Positions 38,199 through 51,047 of a stretch of DNA of 64,000 nt are shown here, piece by piece. How positions within the stretch are numbered: the stretch's first letter is position 1; every line of letters starts with the position of its first letter. The notes under the pieces were generated by a model. That model was not told the origin of the DNA. It worked only from the letters and a program-made list of their open reading frames with translations, and made no database searches. Source of the stretch: Balamuthia mandrillaris (lineage: Eukaryota); contig JAVKOQ020000020.1 in NCBI GenBank assembly GCA_031835245.2, forward strand, positions 186,001-250,000, written 5' to 3'. Position numbers and translations under genes: made by a program.

Positions 38199-41100
38199 TT
38201 AGGGGATTTCTTGCTTTTCTGCGTTATGAAGTCCGCAGAAACGACACTTGCCGACATCCTCCTTGTAGAACGCATCGCAGTAGGGGCACTGATAAAACGT
38301 CTTGCTTCGAATCAAATCTTGCGTCTATTTTTGTTTTACAAAAGAAAAAAACATATGTAAGTTACGTGCAAGAGAGAAAAGGAGGGAGACCCAGAAAAAC
38401 ATACCTTGAAACAAAAGCGAACGCGGTTGTTACAGCTCTCGCACTTGTTAGACAATGGCACGGAAGTATACGAACAATGCGGACAACAATAACTCGGCAA
38501 CGTCGCATTTGCTCCACCCTTGCTCCCGGCTTCCTTACTCCTCTCCTTCAATTCCTCTCTATCCGGCGGATATGCGGCAGCGCGGGCTCGGTCGCCCGTT
38601 CGCTTGGTCGGCGGTGGGGGGCGCACCAACAAGTCCTCATTGAGCATGTCGGCGGCGATGAGCTCCCGCACGTAAGCGTGGTTGCCCTCCTTGGTGTTGT
38701 ATTCGATGGCGATGCGCTGGCAGATCTCGCGGTGGGGCGGGGCAAGCGGGATCTCCGCTAGACATTTGCTGAGGAAACCCAGCGATTTGTTGGCGGTGGC
38801 GGTGGAAGACGAGGTGGTGGTCATGGAGGAACCTTCCTCTGAGAAAGATGAAAAACTGGTTCTTTTGTTTTTTGGCGTTGGATTGGTTTGTGGTTAGGTT
38901 TTTAATGAGCAAGTGATGAATGAGAATAGAAGAGAGGGCCAAAAGAGAAGAGAGAATGGCGAACGGGGAGGGAATGAGTAAGGTGTACCTGCTGGTGGTG
39001 TTCTTGGTGGCGATCATTTTGGCGGGAGGGTGGTTGTTGGTGGAGGAGGAGCCGTCTCCATTTTCAAGAGTGCCTTGCTGTAGCTTATCCAAACGTTTGA
39101 TGTCGATAAGTAGCGTAAGGGCGAGCATGTAGGCCACACTGAACTTCATCTCTCTTCGTTTTGCGGCTGAATCTTTCTCTGTTCCTATTTTTTTTAAATA
39201 ATGCAACCAGAGGTCAAAAACGCTATTTTTAAAAAAGAAAAATAAAATAGACATACTTAAATGACGTATAGAAGCTTCAGCATCTTCCAAAGCAGCGGAA
39301 AGAAAACCTTTCTCAAAGTTTTGCATGCAGCTGGTAATATATTCGGATGATGTACTATGTTTGAAAACAAGTGAGCAACATGTGTGTAAAGAGAAGCGAA
39401 GAAAGAAGCAATTAAGAGAAGAGGATAGCCAAGAGAAGTTTTCTTACGTTTTGCGAACTCGAGGAACACCCAAAGGAGGGATGGCAACGGTAGCAGGGAG
39501 GCCAAGATGGGGCGTTGGCAACTCGAATTTAAACTTGCTGTGGTCGGCAGAGGACACGTGTTTGGCGGCGTCCTGGTTTACCTCCTCATCCACCTCGTCC
39601 TCATCAACATCATCTTGTGTCCTGTCCGTAAATGAGCCCTCAAATGTATCTTCGCGTAGCTGTTTTGAAAAACAGGAATACTGGAAATTAGAGAAGAGAA
39701 CGAGGAGGAGAAAAGAAAAAAAAAACGTACGGAAAGGATGCTGGATGCTGCACTTCGAGTTCGGCCCTTCTGGCGTTTCCTTTTAGACCTATCTCGAGTG
39801 CTAGATCTTGCTGAACTTGCTCCTTCGCTATGGTCCCTGTTACTTTCTCTCTCTTTTTCTCTTGCATCTCCTTTCTCCGAAACATCTCGTTCTTCCTCTG
39901 GCGAAGCAGGAGTAGTAGTTCCAGGACGAGGAGAAGTTGAACCAGAATCATTGTTGATAGGAGGAGAGCTGGCCGTTCTCAACTTCTTGCCATGAGTAGA
40001 TGTGCTGCTGCTGGTGCTATCATCATCCTCGTCCTCTGCGTTGCTGTCCTCGCTCAGTACGTTGAAGTTGGTGCCAACCACACCCACACTGCGACCGCCC
40101 ATCGACGTGGCCTCCGAGAAGCTCTCACTCTCGCTGTCTGGTTCGCTGTCAGAGTCACTCACCTCCTCGGTCGATGTTGGGTTGAACTTGGGTAAGTTTT
40201 CATCGGAGAGAGACCGCCGTAAAGTTGGTGAGGAGGAGTCAGTAACGGTCTTGTATTTTGTTCGGATATAGTCCAGCCGCGAGGGGGGTGCCAAATTGGC
40301 AGTTCCTTCACCGACAACACTGTCTTCAGCATGTCCGTCCCTTTTTTGTGCGTGTGAGAAGTGAAGATTCAGAAAACGAAGAAATGCAGAAAAGAGCGAT
40401 AGGGAACGTACCCAGCTTCTTGAGTATCCGGGCCAGAGTTACGATAAGTGGTAGATATGAACAGGATGTTCCAGTCAACTTTGGAGTTGAGCCATTGGTT
40501 TACGTTTTGTAATTGCATAGGAGCAACCGATCCTTTGCTGCCATCCTCCTTACGAACCTGATGAGCGAAGAGGTAATGAGTAATTGTTTACGTACAATAA
40601 TCAAAAGCAGTAGTTGTTCTTCTTTGACTTGCGTACCCTAACAATAGAAGTGGTACCGCGCATAATATTCCAGTGAGAATTCGTGCCAGGCGTTTCATAT
40701 GCCCAATCCAATGGTTCAACTCGTTCGTTCTCCTGCATTATCGAAAAAGTAAGCAAATAAACGAAGAAAGAAGAGAGAGAACAAAGAAAATGATAAATAT
40801 TTACCTTGAGATTATCCAAGTATACTTGACAAGCATCCTCCAAAGTAAACAATGTTGTGTTGACCTCATCGAGCTTTTGCCAGTTTCTATCATCGATGGT
40901 GACTTGCTTGGATGGCTTTGTTAACAAAGCCTTCTCTTTGCCTTTGTTCTTGCTTAATCCTCCTTTGGATCCTGCCACAGGAGAGGAAGCAGAGGAAGAA
41001 ACGAGACTGCCCTCCTTCTTGACTTGCTCTTGTAAAGCCTTTATCTTGTCGCGATTGCCGTTGATAGCGTATATGTAGAGCAGAGAGTAAAAGTCCTTCG

Positions 41101-44100
41101 TAGTGGCGTAGCATTGCTCTGCCACCCCAAATTGACCGTATTTCACCGCTATTTTGCCAGTGTTCAAAAACTTGGAGTGTAATGGTGATTGGTAGCTCAA
41201 TTTGGGATAGTCTGGACGAAAAGGAAATTAGAAAAAGTACAGGAAAAGCAAAACACACAACAAGAACCCACCAGAACACTTCTTATGAGCATCGACCAAA
41301 AACTGAAGGGCCTTTCGGAACGACAGAGCACGCAGCGCCAGATAATGCTTATGAAGGATCTGAAAACGGGGCGACTTCTCTACAAGAGCAAGAGCCAGAT
41401 CAGGGAATCCTCTTTTGTCCAACTGATCCACCAAATAGGGGGTTATGCGGCGTCCGTCGAAACGTTCTACCAAACGAGCCAACGTGGACCGCAGATGGCT
41501 CTGGGAAGGCAAAAGATGGTTTGGTAGACAGACCTCTCCCAACAAAAGGGGTTCAAGGAGGCCGACTGGCAACACTCGGATTTGGGTGCGATCCTTGTAG
41601 GCTGTTGCATATAAGAGCCGATCGTTCATTACTGTAGCTATGACTATTTCGGGACATTGTTTTGTCGTTGGTTAGTGTAAGAAAGAAAAAAGTACAGAAG
41701 GGAAGAGACAGAAAAGTTACCAGCTCCAGTATTTTCCAAAGAACTCAAAGGTCGTAACGCTCCATTTGCAGTCACGTACTGAAGATGAGAAGGAGTAGTG
41801 CACAGGACAGCGTTGCCGACCCAATAAATGCTCTGAAAGTAGAGATTGTTGTTCTGTTGTCGGTCGTTACTCCGGTCAAGTTGAATATAGTCTTGCGGAG
41901 CATGAACGGAGCATAACAGCTCTATCTCTCCTTGCAATGTAACGGAGATGATGCGAATGGAGGTTGTGGTGAGAATGGCGGCCAAATGGTACTTGGCAGA
42001 GTGAGCATATGTCTTCCACTTTACGTCCAGAACACGTTCTCGCTGCTCTCGTGAGAGTTGCAGCAAGTGCTTGTGTGGATTGAAGATTGGTTTTGTGTTA
42101 GCTACTTTCTTGGAAGCAGCATTTTCTGCTTCATCTTCATCATCATCATCCTCGACGTCATCGTTGTTGTTATTGCTTTCTTTTTTATGGTGGTGATGAT
42201 GACGATGATAAGCCTCCAGCTGCTCTTGGCTCTGAATGCAGGGCGCGAACTCGGAAACAGCATTGGAGCCCGTGACAGCGTTCATTGACAATATGAGCTG
42301 GTAGTTATTCTCGTCAAAGAAAAAGATTGCTCGTTCGTTACCTTGATATTGCTTATTAACAACAGAAATGGAAATGCTAGGCATGAGAGAGAGAGAGAGA
42401 GAACGCACTTAAAGGAGTGTGGAAGATTCTGCTCATGGGAGCTTTAAGCCGTATTTCATACTGATTTTTCACTTCAGAGGAGGGAATATTTCGAATGGTA
42501 ATGGCCTCTCCGTTCTCCGCCAAAGTCACATATTCCAGATTTGTGGCTCCGATGAAACATCCATCCCGTCCTCGGCGTAGATTGCTCATGTTCTCTGCTT
42601 CTCTATCAGGACCACCATAGACCAACGCGTAAAAATAGTTGGAGCGCGGCTCCATAGTGCTGGTGCTCGTTTTGGACACGTCCGAGTCTAAGATAGGATT
42701 GTATTTTAGTTTGTTTGAGAATATGAAACAAGAAGGGAGCGGAAGATTAGAAGAGAAGAAAGGGTACAAAAAATTAAATACCCGATGAGGTAGGGGAGTC
42801 AGGAAGAAGCAAATGATCCAAGCTCTTGGAGGATCCAGGGTCTACCATGGAGAAGCTTTGGTAGAAAACCAGGTACTGCTTTTGTTTTGGACTGTAGTGA
42901 AAGCGAGTGGTGTGAAGGGCGCATGTCTTATCAAATTCATGTTCGGGCAAGTCGGCCTCTAGCAAGTTGTTGCGTTCGATGATAGAATGAGACTGCAAGA
43001 AAAGAGAAAACAATATGAACAATAAGAGAAGAATGAGACATAAATAAATAAACAAAAGAAAGATAAAAGTTCTCAAGCCCAACTTACAATTATTTTGGTG
43101 GAGTCAACAAAATGGAATTTAGACTGAGGGTAGTCAAAAGCGAACTTCTCTTCCTGGAAGAAAAGAGGGGGCAGGTCCAGCGTGTCTACTTTTGGTAATA
43201 CTAGCAATGGCTCAGTGCGACTGAGCAAAGAATGTACCACGTAGTGATTACGTTGGAGGGGTGATGTAAGTAGATGATCTCCAGTTGTTCCTTGTTTTGT
43301 AAGCTGCGGTATGTTTTTTTCAAAAAATATGTTAGACTCTGAACTTGTTGACTCGAGAAAATGAGGAGGAGAGGAGAGGAGAAGAGAGAACAAAAGAACT
43401 TACATCATAAGAAAATGCCATGTAGTTCAATTCATCATGAAGAATGACATCGGTAGCCCGTAAGGAAGGAGGATGAAAGTTTTTGGAAAAAGCACCCAAG
43501 CGTTGCAACCGCCGTTCCATCTCAGTGGACAAGGCATTGAAGGGTTGAGTATAGCCTGCTGGTTGAACAGGAATCTTCTTGGCTGCAATGTCCAATTTCC
43601 ATGACCGAAGTTCTCCTTGTGTACTGATTGTGGAGAAAAAGGGAAGAGTGTGATGAAAGAAAGCGCCTTCTATCATGCCTTGTTTCGTTGATATCTTTCG
43701 CCTTGATAGAGAAGAGATGGAGCGGATATGAGAAAAGCAATAATTTGATGAGATAAGGTGATGAAAGACTTGAAAAGCAATGACATACCCTCCGTAACAA
43801 GTGAGAGTGCTGTTTTTGGCAATCTCCCAAACTACAATAAGACCATCGCGGCCAATCGCTATAAGGATTTCTTTCTTTGGATAAAATAAAATCTTGCACA
43901 CCGAAGAACCAGTAAGGCCTCCTTTCATTGCCAATCCTGCAAAGTCTGCAAGCGTAGAAAAAACCGGGTTAAAACGCAAAGAAAAAAAAACATCTCTCTC
44001 GTTGGCTTTCTTATTGCAAAAATGGTACCATCGGATTGAGAGGCTAAGCGTTTATTCTTGTAGTCCCACACCCGGATGAGATTATCTGTGTTTGCCACGA

Positions 44101-44594
44101 CCTGAGCCATTAGAAAAAATTGAGAAAAGAGAATACAGTATTAGTTTCGCATCCATAAAACGAGGAAACCGTAACAAGACGCACCAAGAGTGGTTGAATT
44201 GGGTGACAAGCAAAAGCAGCAACAGGTTTCTTTGTTTCCATTTTCCAGGAAGACTTAGTTTTGGCTTGCAAGTCGATTACTGCAAGGAGAAACAAATTCA
44301 ACAAGATTTTTCAAAAAAGAAAAGTAAAGACGCTGAGACGAACCGTTAATCTCTCTGGTCATTGCTTTGCTGTAAAATAACCAAGGCATGATAGGACTGA
44401 TGCAAAGGCCTTGAATTGCTCTTTTTTCAGGGCTCTTGGGAGGCGAAAACACACAACTCAAGCCCATGGCTCCTACGTGAGTGGGGTTGGCGTACTCTCC
44501 CTCAAAGGTGTAAATGTGTCCATCCTAGAGTCCAGTCATTGGTTTCCGCAAAGAGCAAAAGAGACTGAAGAGAAGAAAGAGAGCGAGGAAGGAA

Positions 44595-44659
<65 letters not shown>

Positions 44660-44993
44660 AATGAGGGATAGAATAAAGAAGGAAATTTTACGTCGGTGGC
44701 TGCAACGAGGTAATCATTGGAAGTAACGAGGTGGGTGATGCGCGCCCCTCTGTCCACTTTGGCCCTACCCGTAACCGTATTTGTAAGCAAGTCATAGGCT
44801 GACCACAACAAATATTACAGGTAAGTAACTTTGACTCAGCCGAAACAAATAAAGAGGTTCAAAAAACAATAAACTCACCCAAGATGCGATCCGTCAAAGC
44901 GAGGTAGATGGAAGGTCGGTCCGGATGAAAGCAGAGAGTGGTAACCTCTCCTGGTTCCACCAGTTCAAGTGTACGAGCGGGAATAATATCCAT
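38199..44993 (-). CDS. Protocoatomer WD40/alpha-solenoid scaffold, probably the TSET/TPLATE subunit TTRAY1/TWD40-1 (many exons)
   Basis: N-terminal WD40 (LCFHPDRPSIYLA, KKPVAAFACHPIQPLLVVA, LIRVWDYK) resembles plant TWD40-1 as I recall it. Coatomer-like solenoid GKIAVKYGQFGVAEQCY. C-terminal CxxC ribbons (CPHC..CESC, CPYC..CRFC). Confidence 0.7.
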
Positions 44994-45397
44994 TGTGTTT
45001 GCTCCTTGCAACACCGCTATTGTCAAACCGCGTTAAACGAAGATCGATCCGTCAAAAAAATAAAAAAGGGAGAAGTAACGAACGTTAAACAAAAAAGGCT
45101 TTGGTGGTCAATCCCACTCCCAACCAAACAAAAAAAAAGCTTGACAGTGGTGCCGGTCTAGGTTTTTTTTAAAATGCCACGACCCCCTGCAACACCTTTC
45201 TTTTTCCCCCCGTGTGTTGCCACAAAATAAATGAACGGCAGCTTGCAATTCCCAAAAGGAAGGAAGCACTTTACGGTTTCCTCTCTCTCCTCCTTCTTCT
45301 TCGCTACGCTTTTTTTTTTCTTTCTTTTCCGTTTCTCTCAATTTATTTTTTTTTCTTTTGCAATTATTATTTAACACGAGGAGTCATAACCGATCCA

Positions 45398-46090
45398 TTA
45401 ATGATCTCTTTTTACTTGAGGGGTCGATTGATCATCAAAATTCAGATCGACGAGGAGCGGAGGGTGAGGTTGAGGACGCGGAGGAAGAAGCGACGGCGCG
45501 GTGTTGGCCCTCTTGTGCCTTGTTCTTCTGTCCTGCGCTGCAGGCTTCTTGGAGCCGGCGCTGTGGCTGCTGTCCTGGATGTTCGCGGAGGAAGAGGAAG
45601 GGGGCTTTGTGGCGGCGGTAGTGGTGGCGGTGGGAAGATGCATCCTCCTTTTGTGTATGCGGCGTTCGGAGGAGGCCCGGTGACGACCGCTAGGCTGCTG
45701 TTGTGGTTCTCTGGGGTCTTTGTCTCGAGGGATGTCGGCGGAGAGAGTGGAGTTGGCCTTTGCAAGGACTGGCTTCTTTTTTGCTTTGTTGGGGTCGTCG
45801 ACCGGTGCAGCAGCTGCATCCTCTGAGGGCTTCCAGTAGAAGTATTCTATCTCTTGTGGCTTGGGCATTTCTTGCAACTGGAAAAATCGCAAACCACTTT
45901 CGCTTCGCACCAACAACCCATCCGCTTTTTTGTCCACTTGCAGTTGTTTCACAGCTCGCTGCAACTGCACCTCTTCCTCCTTGTTCTTCTTCTCTTTCTT
46001 CTCCTTCTTCTCCTTCTTCTCCTTTTTCTCCTCCTTCTCTTGCTTCTTGGGTCCCAAACTGGATTTGGCTTTGTCCCACTTCTTTTTCAT
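45398..46090 (-). CDS. Hypothetical basic, low-complexity protein
   Basis: 230 aa ORF MKKKWDKAKSSLGP...; no family recognised. Confidence 0.45.
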   Translation of the reverse strand: MKKKWDKAKSSLGPKKQEKEEKKEKKEKKEKKEKKNKEEEVQLQRAVKQLQVDKKADGLLVRSESGLRFFQLQEMPKPQEIEYFYWKPSEDAAAAPVDDPNKAKKKPVLAKANSTLSADIPRDKDPREPQQQPSGRHRASSERRIHKRRMHLPTATTTAATKPPSSSSANIQDSSHSAGSKKPAAQDRRTRHKRANTAPSLLPPRPQPHPPLLVDLNFDDQSTPQVKRDH

Positions 46091-46114
46091 CGTCCCTCTT
46101 ATCTTCGTATATCA

Positions 46115-46153
<39 letters not shown>

Positions 46154-46521
46154 TCTCCTGTTGAACACTCTCAACTTTGCTCAAACTACTAGTTTTGAAA
46201 CGACTGGACAAGTTGGAATAAATAGGCCTGTTGGGACAGTCCAATCACAAACTCAAACACTGTCCTTCCGTAGCAGTCAGTCAGCTCTCGTTCTGCCTCT
46301 TCTTTCTCTCGCCGCAAAGAAGAAGAAGAACAACTAGAAGAACTCGAAGAAGAAGAAGAAGAAGAAGAATAACAAGAAGAACAAGAAGAAGAAGAAGAAC
46401 AACAACAACAACAACAACAAGAAGCAGAAGAAGAAGAAGAGGAAGCAAGAAGATCAATCACATACATCCAAGATTAACTTTTGGGAAGTAAGCAATGGCT
46501 TTAATGCAACAGGCAAGGTCT

Positions 46522-47956
46522 TTAGTTCCAAGTAGGAATGTGGTCTTCATACTTGTCAGGAACACCTTCATACATCAAAAAGTCATCGTTGATGTACGGC
46601 TTCCACTCGGGCCTCAACGCCAGATCATCGTCGAACTTTTGTTGCTCGAAGGCCAGGTGCTTGTCGCCCCACCTGTTATCATTCACGATACGGTGTTAGT
46701 TCGAGCTGAACTTGGCAAGAACAAAGAGATAGAAGCAAGTTCAAATAGAGAGGAAGCATACAAAGAGGTGGTGAACTCGCTGCGAAGGATGAGGTCACCA
46801 AGGTAATCGATGGTGTCATTATGGGGCCAGTTGGGTCCGCTGAGACCATACAAGCGGAAAGCGGGCTTTCCAATAAGGGGAGAGTCCTTGCCCACGTGCT
46901 CGGAGATCTTCATCACGGCGCTGTCCTCGTTGCCGTCCAAGATTCGCTTGAGGGCAGGGTTGGGTTGAACGATGATGTTAAGGGGGAACTTGGGATTGTT
47001 GACGCGTTTGCCGTTGGATTGCATGGCGGCCATTCCGGAGAGGCCCACCAAGCCTTCGTAGATGGAGACCTTCTGGAAAGCTTTGGCCTGTTTGTTTGTT
47101 TGTAAAGAAGCGATACAGAGAACAAGGATAAAAAAAAAGACGGAGAAGAGAGGAGTTGCGTACAAGGAGGCCCATCAAAAAGTTGTAATCGAAACGGGGA
47201 ACGTGGTTGCAAAGAGGGTGCTCGAAGAGGTTCATGCCATCATGGCCAGTCATCTTATACATTGCAGCAAAGTTGAAGCTGGGTTGCTTGTCTAAACGTA
47301 GTTTCGTTACAGAAAGACTTTGTCAACAAAAGAAAAACACAAAAAGGCTATAAAGCAGCACTGAGAGGAGAGAGAGAGAGAGAGAGAGAGAGCGCACCGA
47401 TGAAAAACTTGAGGGCATAAGCAGGGTTGATACCAGCACCGCTGAACCAACCTCCAGGAGAGGGCTCGTTCACAGTGGACAAACGGATGATGCCCTCCGC
47501 ACCGCTCTTGAACAAGCCGGTGTAGTTCTGCTTGGCCAAGGGGGAGGGGACGTAGTCGAACTTGGCGACGGCGCCCACGATGTGAACAACACGAGGTCCG
47601 TAGGGACGCACATCCGAGTCAACGGTGAAGGCGAGGCTCATGTTCCAGCCGAGGATCATCTTGAGAGAGTCCAAACCACCGGTCCAGTTTCTGGGGGTCC
47701 TGTCCTGAGTCAGGAGCTTCCAGAGGATTCCCCTCTTCTCGGAGGCGGGTTTCTGTTGGTAGTTATCGGGGAGGCCGGCATCGCTGTCGCTGCTGTCGTC
47801 GTCGCAATCAAAGCAGTTGGTGCCGAGAAGCTCCTCCTCAATGGCGATCTTGTTGTAAGCGCCGTTGTTGGGCGGAACGGGCACGGCCGAGCCGAGGGCA
47901 AGCAGCAGCCCCAAAAACAGCCCGAGGCTCATGCACATGGCGGTCTGCAGCTTCAT
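46522..47956 (-). CDS. Secreted catalase-fold-like protein (multi-exon)
   Basis: Signal peptide; RVVHIVGAVAKF, YTGLFKSGAEGIIRLS and YALKFF resemble the catalase beta-barrel; last exon ends HIPTWN*. Confidence 0.6.
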
Positions 47957-48197
47957 ATTCTTGTTGTTGGTGGTGAAAAAAAGAAAAGAAATAAAAATGA
48001 AACCAAAGTTTTAAAAAAACTGCCTTACCCCAAGAATTCATTTCGTTGTGTTGTCAGGCCACCGCAGAAAAAAGAACGTGGAATTCTTTCTTTGGCCATT
48101 ACGTGGGCTATATAACGCGTCGACAAGAACGCTTTTTTTGGCAAACCACTTTGTCGACAATAAATGGTTTTTTGTAGACACCAAAACGACAAGCAGG

Positions 48198-49773
48198 ATG
48201 GACAGAGCGGGAGACAAGGGAGGTGCAGCAGCGGAACCGGGGAGTCCCGCTGCTTGCGGTCTGTTGGAGGAGTTGGGCTACTACTTTGATGATGAAGGGC
48301 GGTTGCGTGAGATGGCCGCCGGAAACGGGTGGAGTTTTACGACCAAGGAGGCCATGGAGGCAGTGGGGGAGGCGGTGGTGCAGCACATTCAGCGACAGAT
48401 GAGGGAAGATGGGAGGTACGGCCCGTTGGAAGAGATCTGGTTGCCTCTGTCAGATAAGGAAGAGGAGGGAGAAGAGGATGCATTTGAAGAAGGGAAGAGA
48501 AGAACGAACAAAAAACGTAAAATTTCAAAAAGGCCTGCTTGTCTCTATGGTAGCAAATGCTACAGACAGAACCCTGCTCATCGACAAAAATATTCCCATG
48601 GATCAGAGGAAGAGAAAGAGGAAGAAGAAGAAAAAGAGGAGAAGAAAGCGACCAATAAAAAAGAATACGAAAAAGAAGGAAAAACGACGTCACAACCACG
48701 GTGCAACATATTTCTCAGCAAGAATTGGCAACGCGCCAGCCGGCTCATTCTGTTCATTTGTGGCATGGGACCAGCAAGGTTTCATCTTCAGCTTGTTCTC
48801 GCACTTAGTGTGCTTTTCGTTCTCCTTCTCGTGTTCATGTGCTTGCTCTTATAGATGTTGTTTTTTGTTCTTGTGCTATTTCTTTTCGTTTTAATATTTA
48901 CCTTTATTTTCATTTGTACATTAGAGCTGGGCAATGGTCAAGAAAGCTCTGTTTGAGTGATAGTCTCCAAACCGGGTCATTACTTCCTTACTTAGAACGA
49001 GCAAAAAACGAGGGCTATGGTGTTGCCATTCTCAATCCAAACTTTAACAGTGTCCCCACAACACCAACAACTAAACGACCAGAAGAAGAAGAAGAAGAAG
49101 CAGAAGATAAAGTAACGACTCCAAGCGATAAAGTGGCCATCCCTCACAACGAAAATGGATTCATGCATATGTTATACGTGTGGGATAATATCCTTTGGCG
49201 AGGTGTCAACAACGCTACCAAGTTATTCATCGTAGGCCATAGCTTTGGTGGCGTTCATGCTGTTGCCCTCATGAGCGATAGACAGTCTCAGGTGTTGCCC
49301 AAGTTACGAGGTTTGCCATAATTACTTTCTGTTTTTTTTCTTAGTTCATAAGTTGATAAAGTCTAACGACTATTCCATGGTTGATAGGCGTTGCGTTCAC
49401 AGACTCGGTGCACACAACCTCGGACATGACGCCTCCCTCTGTCCTCCATTTTCTCCAGCGGCACTGCAAGAACTGGGTGGCATCCTCTTCTCCTCTGGAT
49501 GAGCCGGTGGAAGACCCGAACGCTTGCCATTGCGCGTGCGTCAGCGCTGGTCACACAATGCACGAGATGACCAGCAGCACCGCCATGGACTCTGTCTTTC
49601 TTTTCTTTCAGGAGCAGACAAGAAGGCGGATAGTTCTACCAAAGACATTACTTTCTTCTTCTTCTGCTGCTTCTTCTTCTTCATCCGGACAAGGCACTGG
49701 TGCACAAACAACGCCCAAAAAACAGACCAACGCAACGAGTGCAAGAAAGAGGAAAACCGCAAACAAAAAATGA
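48198..49773 (+). CDS. ARB2/FAM172-like alpha/beta-hydrolase-fold protein with an inserted PBZ zinc finger (3 exons)
   Basis: LEELGYYFDDEGRL, RAGQWSRKLC, GSLLPYLERA, GVAILNPN, GHSFGG, VAFTDSVH, NWVASS and AGHTMHEMTS. PBZ CLYGSKCYRQNPAHRQKYSH at 48540-48599. Confidence 0.85.
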
Positions 49774-49822
49774 CTTCCCTTGCGTCGACAAAATAAATCC
49801 TCTCTTTTTTGTCGACGAGAAA

Positions 49823-49847
49823 TTGGCGGGAAAAAATTTGGCGGGAA
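49823..49847. promoter_or_regulatory. Two E2F-type sites upstream of ASF1
   Basis: TTGGCGGGAAAA (49823) and TTTGGCGGGAA (49837), about 260-280 bp before the ASF1 ATG. Confidence 0.6.
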
Positions 49848-50102
49848 TGAACACAAAAAACGTTCGAAGAAACGAGTAGCGAAAAAAACAGACCTTTTTT
49901 TTTTGTGGTGTTGGCAAAGCTGCTGTTGTTGTTTGGAGGAGCACAGGCGCACACACAAAGAAGAGCTTTTTGTGTTTGTTTTTTTTTTTTTTGAAACTCC
50001 TTCGCTTCAAAAGGGGAGGGAAAGGAAGCAAGGAGTGAGAACAGGAAAAGAAAGGAAGTGAAAGGGAACGGCTTGATCAAAAACCAAGAGATTTGAAGGA
50101 AG

Positions 50103-50968
50103 ATGAGTTCGGTTACGGTTACGAATGTGGAGGTGTTGGACAATCCTGCAAAGTTCGTAGATCCCCTCAAGTTTGAGATCTCCATGGAGTGCTTTACGGA
50201 GCTTAAAGAAGGTTGGTAGCTGTCGTTCTTTTTTTTCTCCCTCTCCTCCCATCGTAACCGATTTTCGCTTTTGTATCGCTAGATCTGGAGTGGCGGTTAG
50301 TTTATGTTGGCTCAGCAGAGAGCGAACGCTATGACCAAGAGCTAGAATCTGTTATGGTTGGTCCCATTCCAGTGGGGGCCACCAAGTTTGTGTTTGAGGT
50401 AATCTTTCGCTTTTTCTCCCCGTCTACTCTTCGCCTTACTTTTCTTGTCCTTTTCTTTTGTTGTTTTCCTTTTCCTCTCCTCTTGTTCTCTACATCGCGT
50501 TTTTCTTTCGTTCTCTTTCTCAATCCCTCATTCTTATTTTGCTCAAACGAAAAGGCCAACCCACCGGACCCAAGCAAAATACCAGCAGATGACCTCCTAG
50601 GCGTGACTGTCATCCTGCTCCACTGCTCCTACCAAGGCAAGGAGTTTGTGCGGATCGGCTTCTACGTCTCCAACAGCTACTCCGACCCTGCCCTCATGGA
50701 GAATCCTCCCTCCCCTCCTCGCTACGAAGATATTGCCCGGAACGTTTTGGCGGACAAACCCCGAGTGACCAGATTCCAAATAGAGTGGGACAATCCTCTT
50801 GCTCTTCCGGAAGGGCAATCATCAGCGCTTCCGGTGGGGCTTGAGGGAGAGGAGATTGGAGGAGTAGGAGAAGGAGAAGCGGAAGAAGAGGAGGAAGAGG
50901 AGGAGGAAGAGGAAGAGGAGGAGGAGGAAGTGGGGGAAGAAGATATGGAAGGAGAAGACGAGATTTGA
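50103..50968 (+). CDS. ASF1: Histone chaperone ASF1 (3 exons)
   Basis: [70 protein letters not shown] and an acidic tail. Confidence 0.96.
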
Positions 50969-51047
50969 TTGTAAAGTTGTCGTTTTTTTGTTTTTATTCG
51001 CATGGAGTGAATGAAGCGGAAGCAGCTGTTTATTTTTTTTTTGTTCT

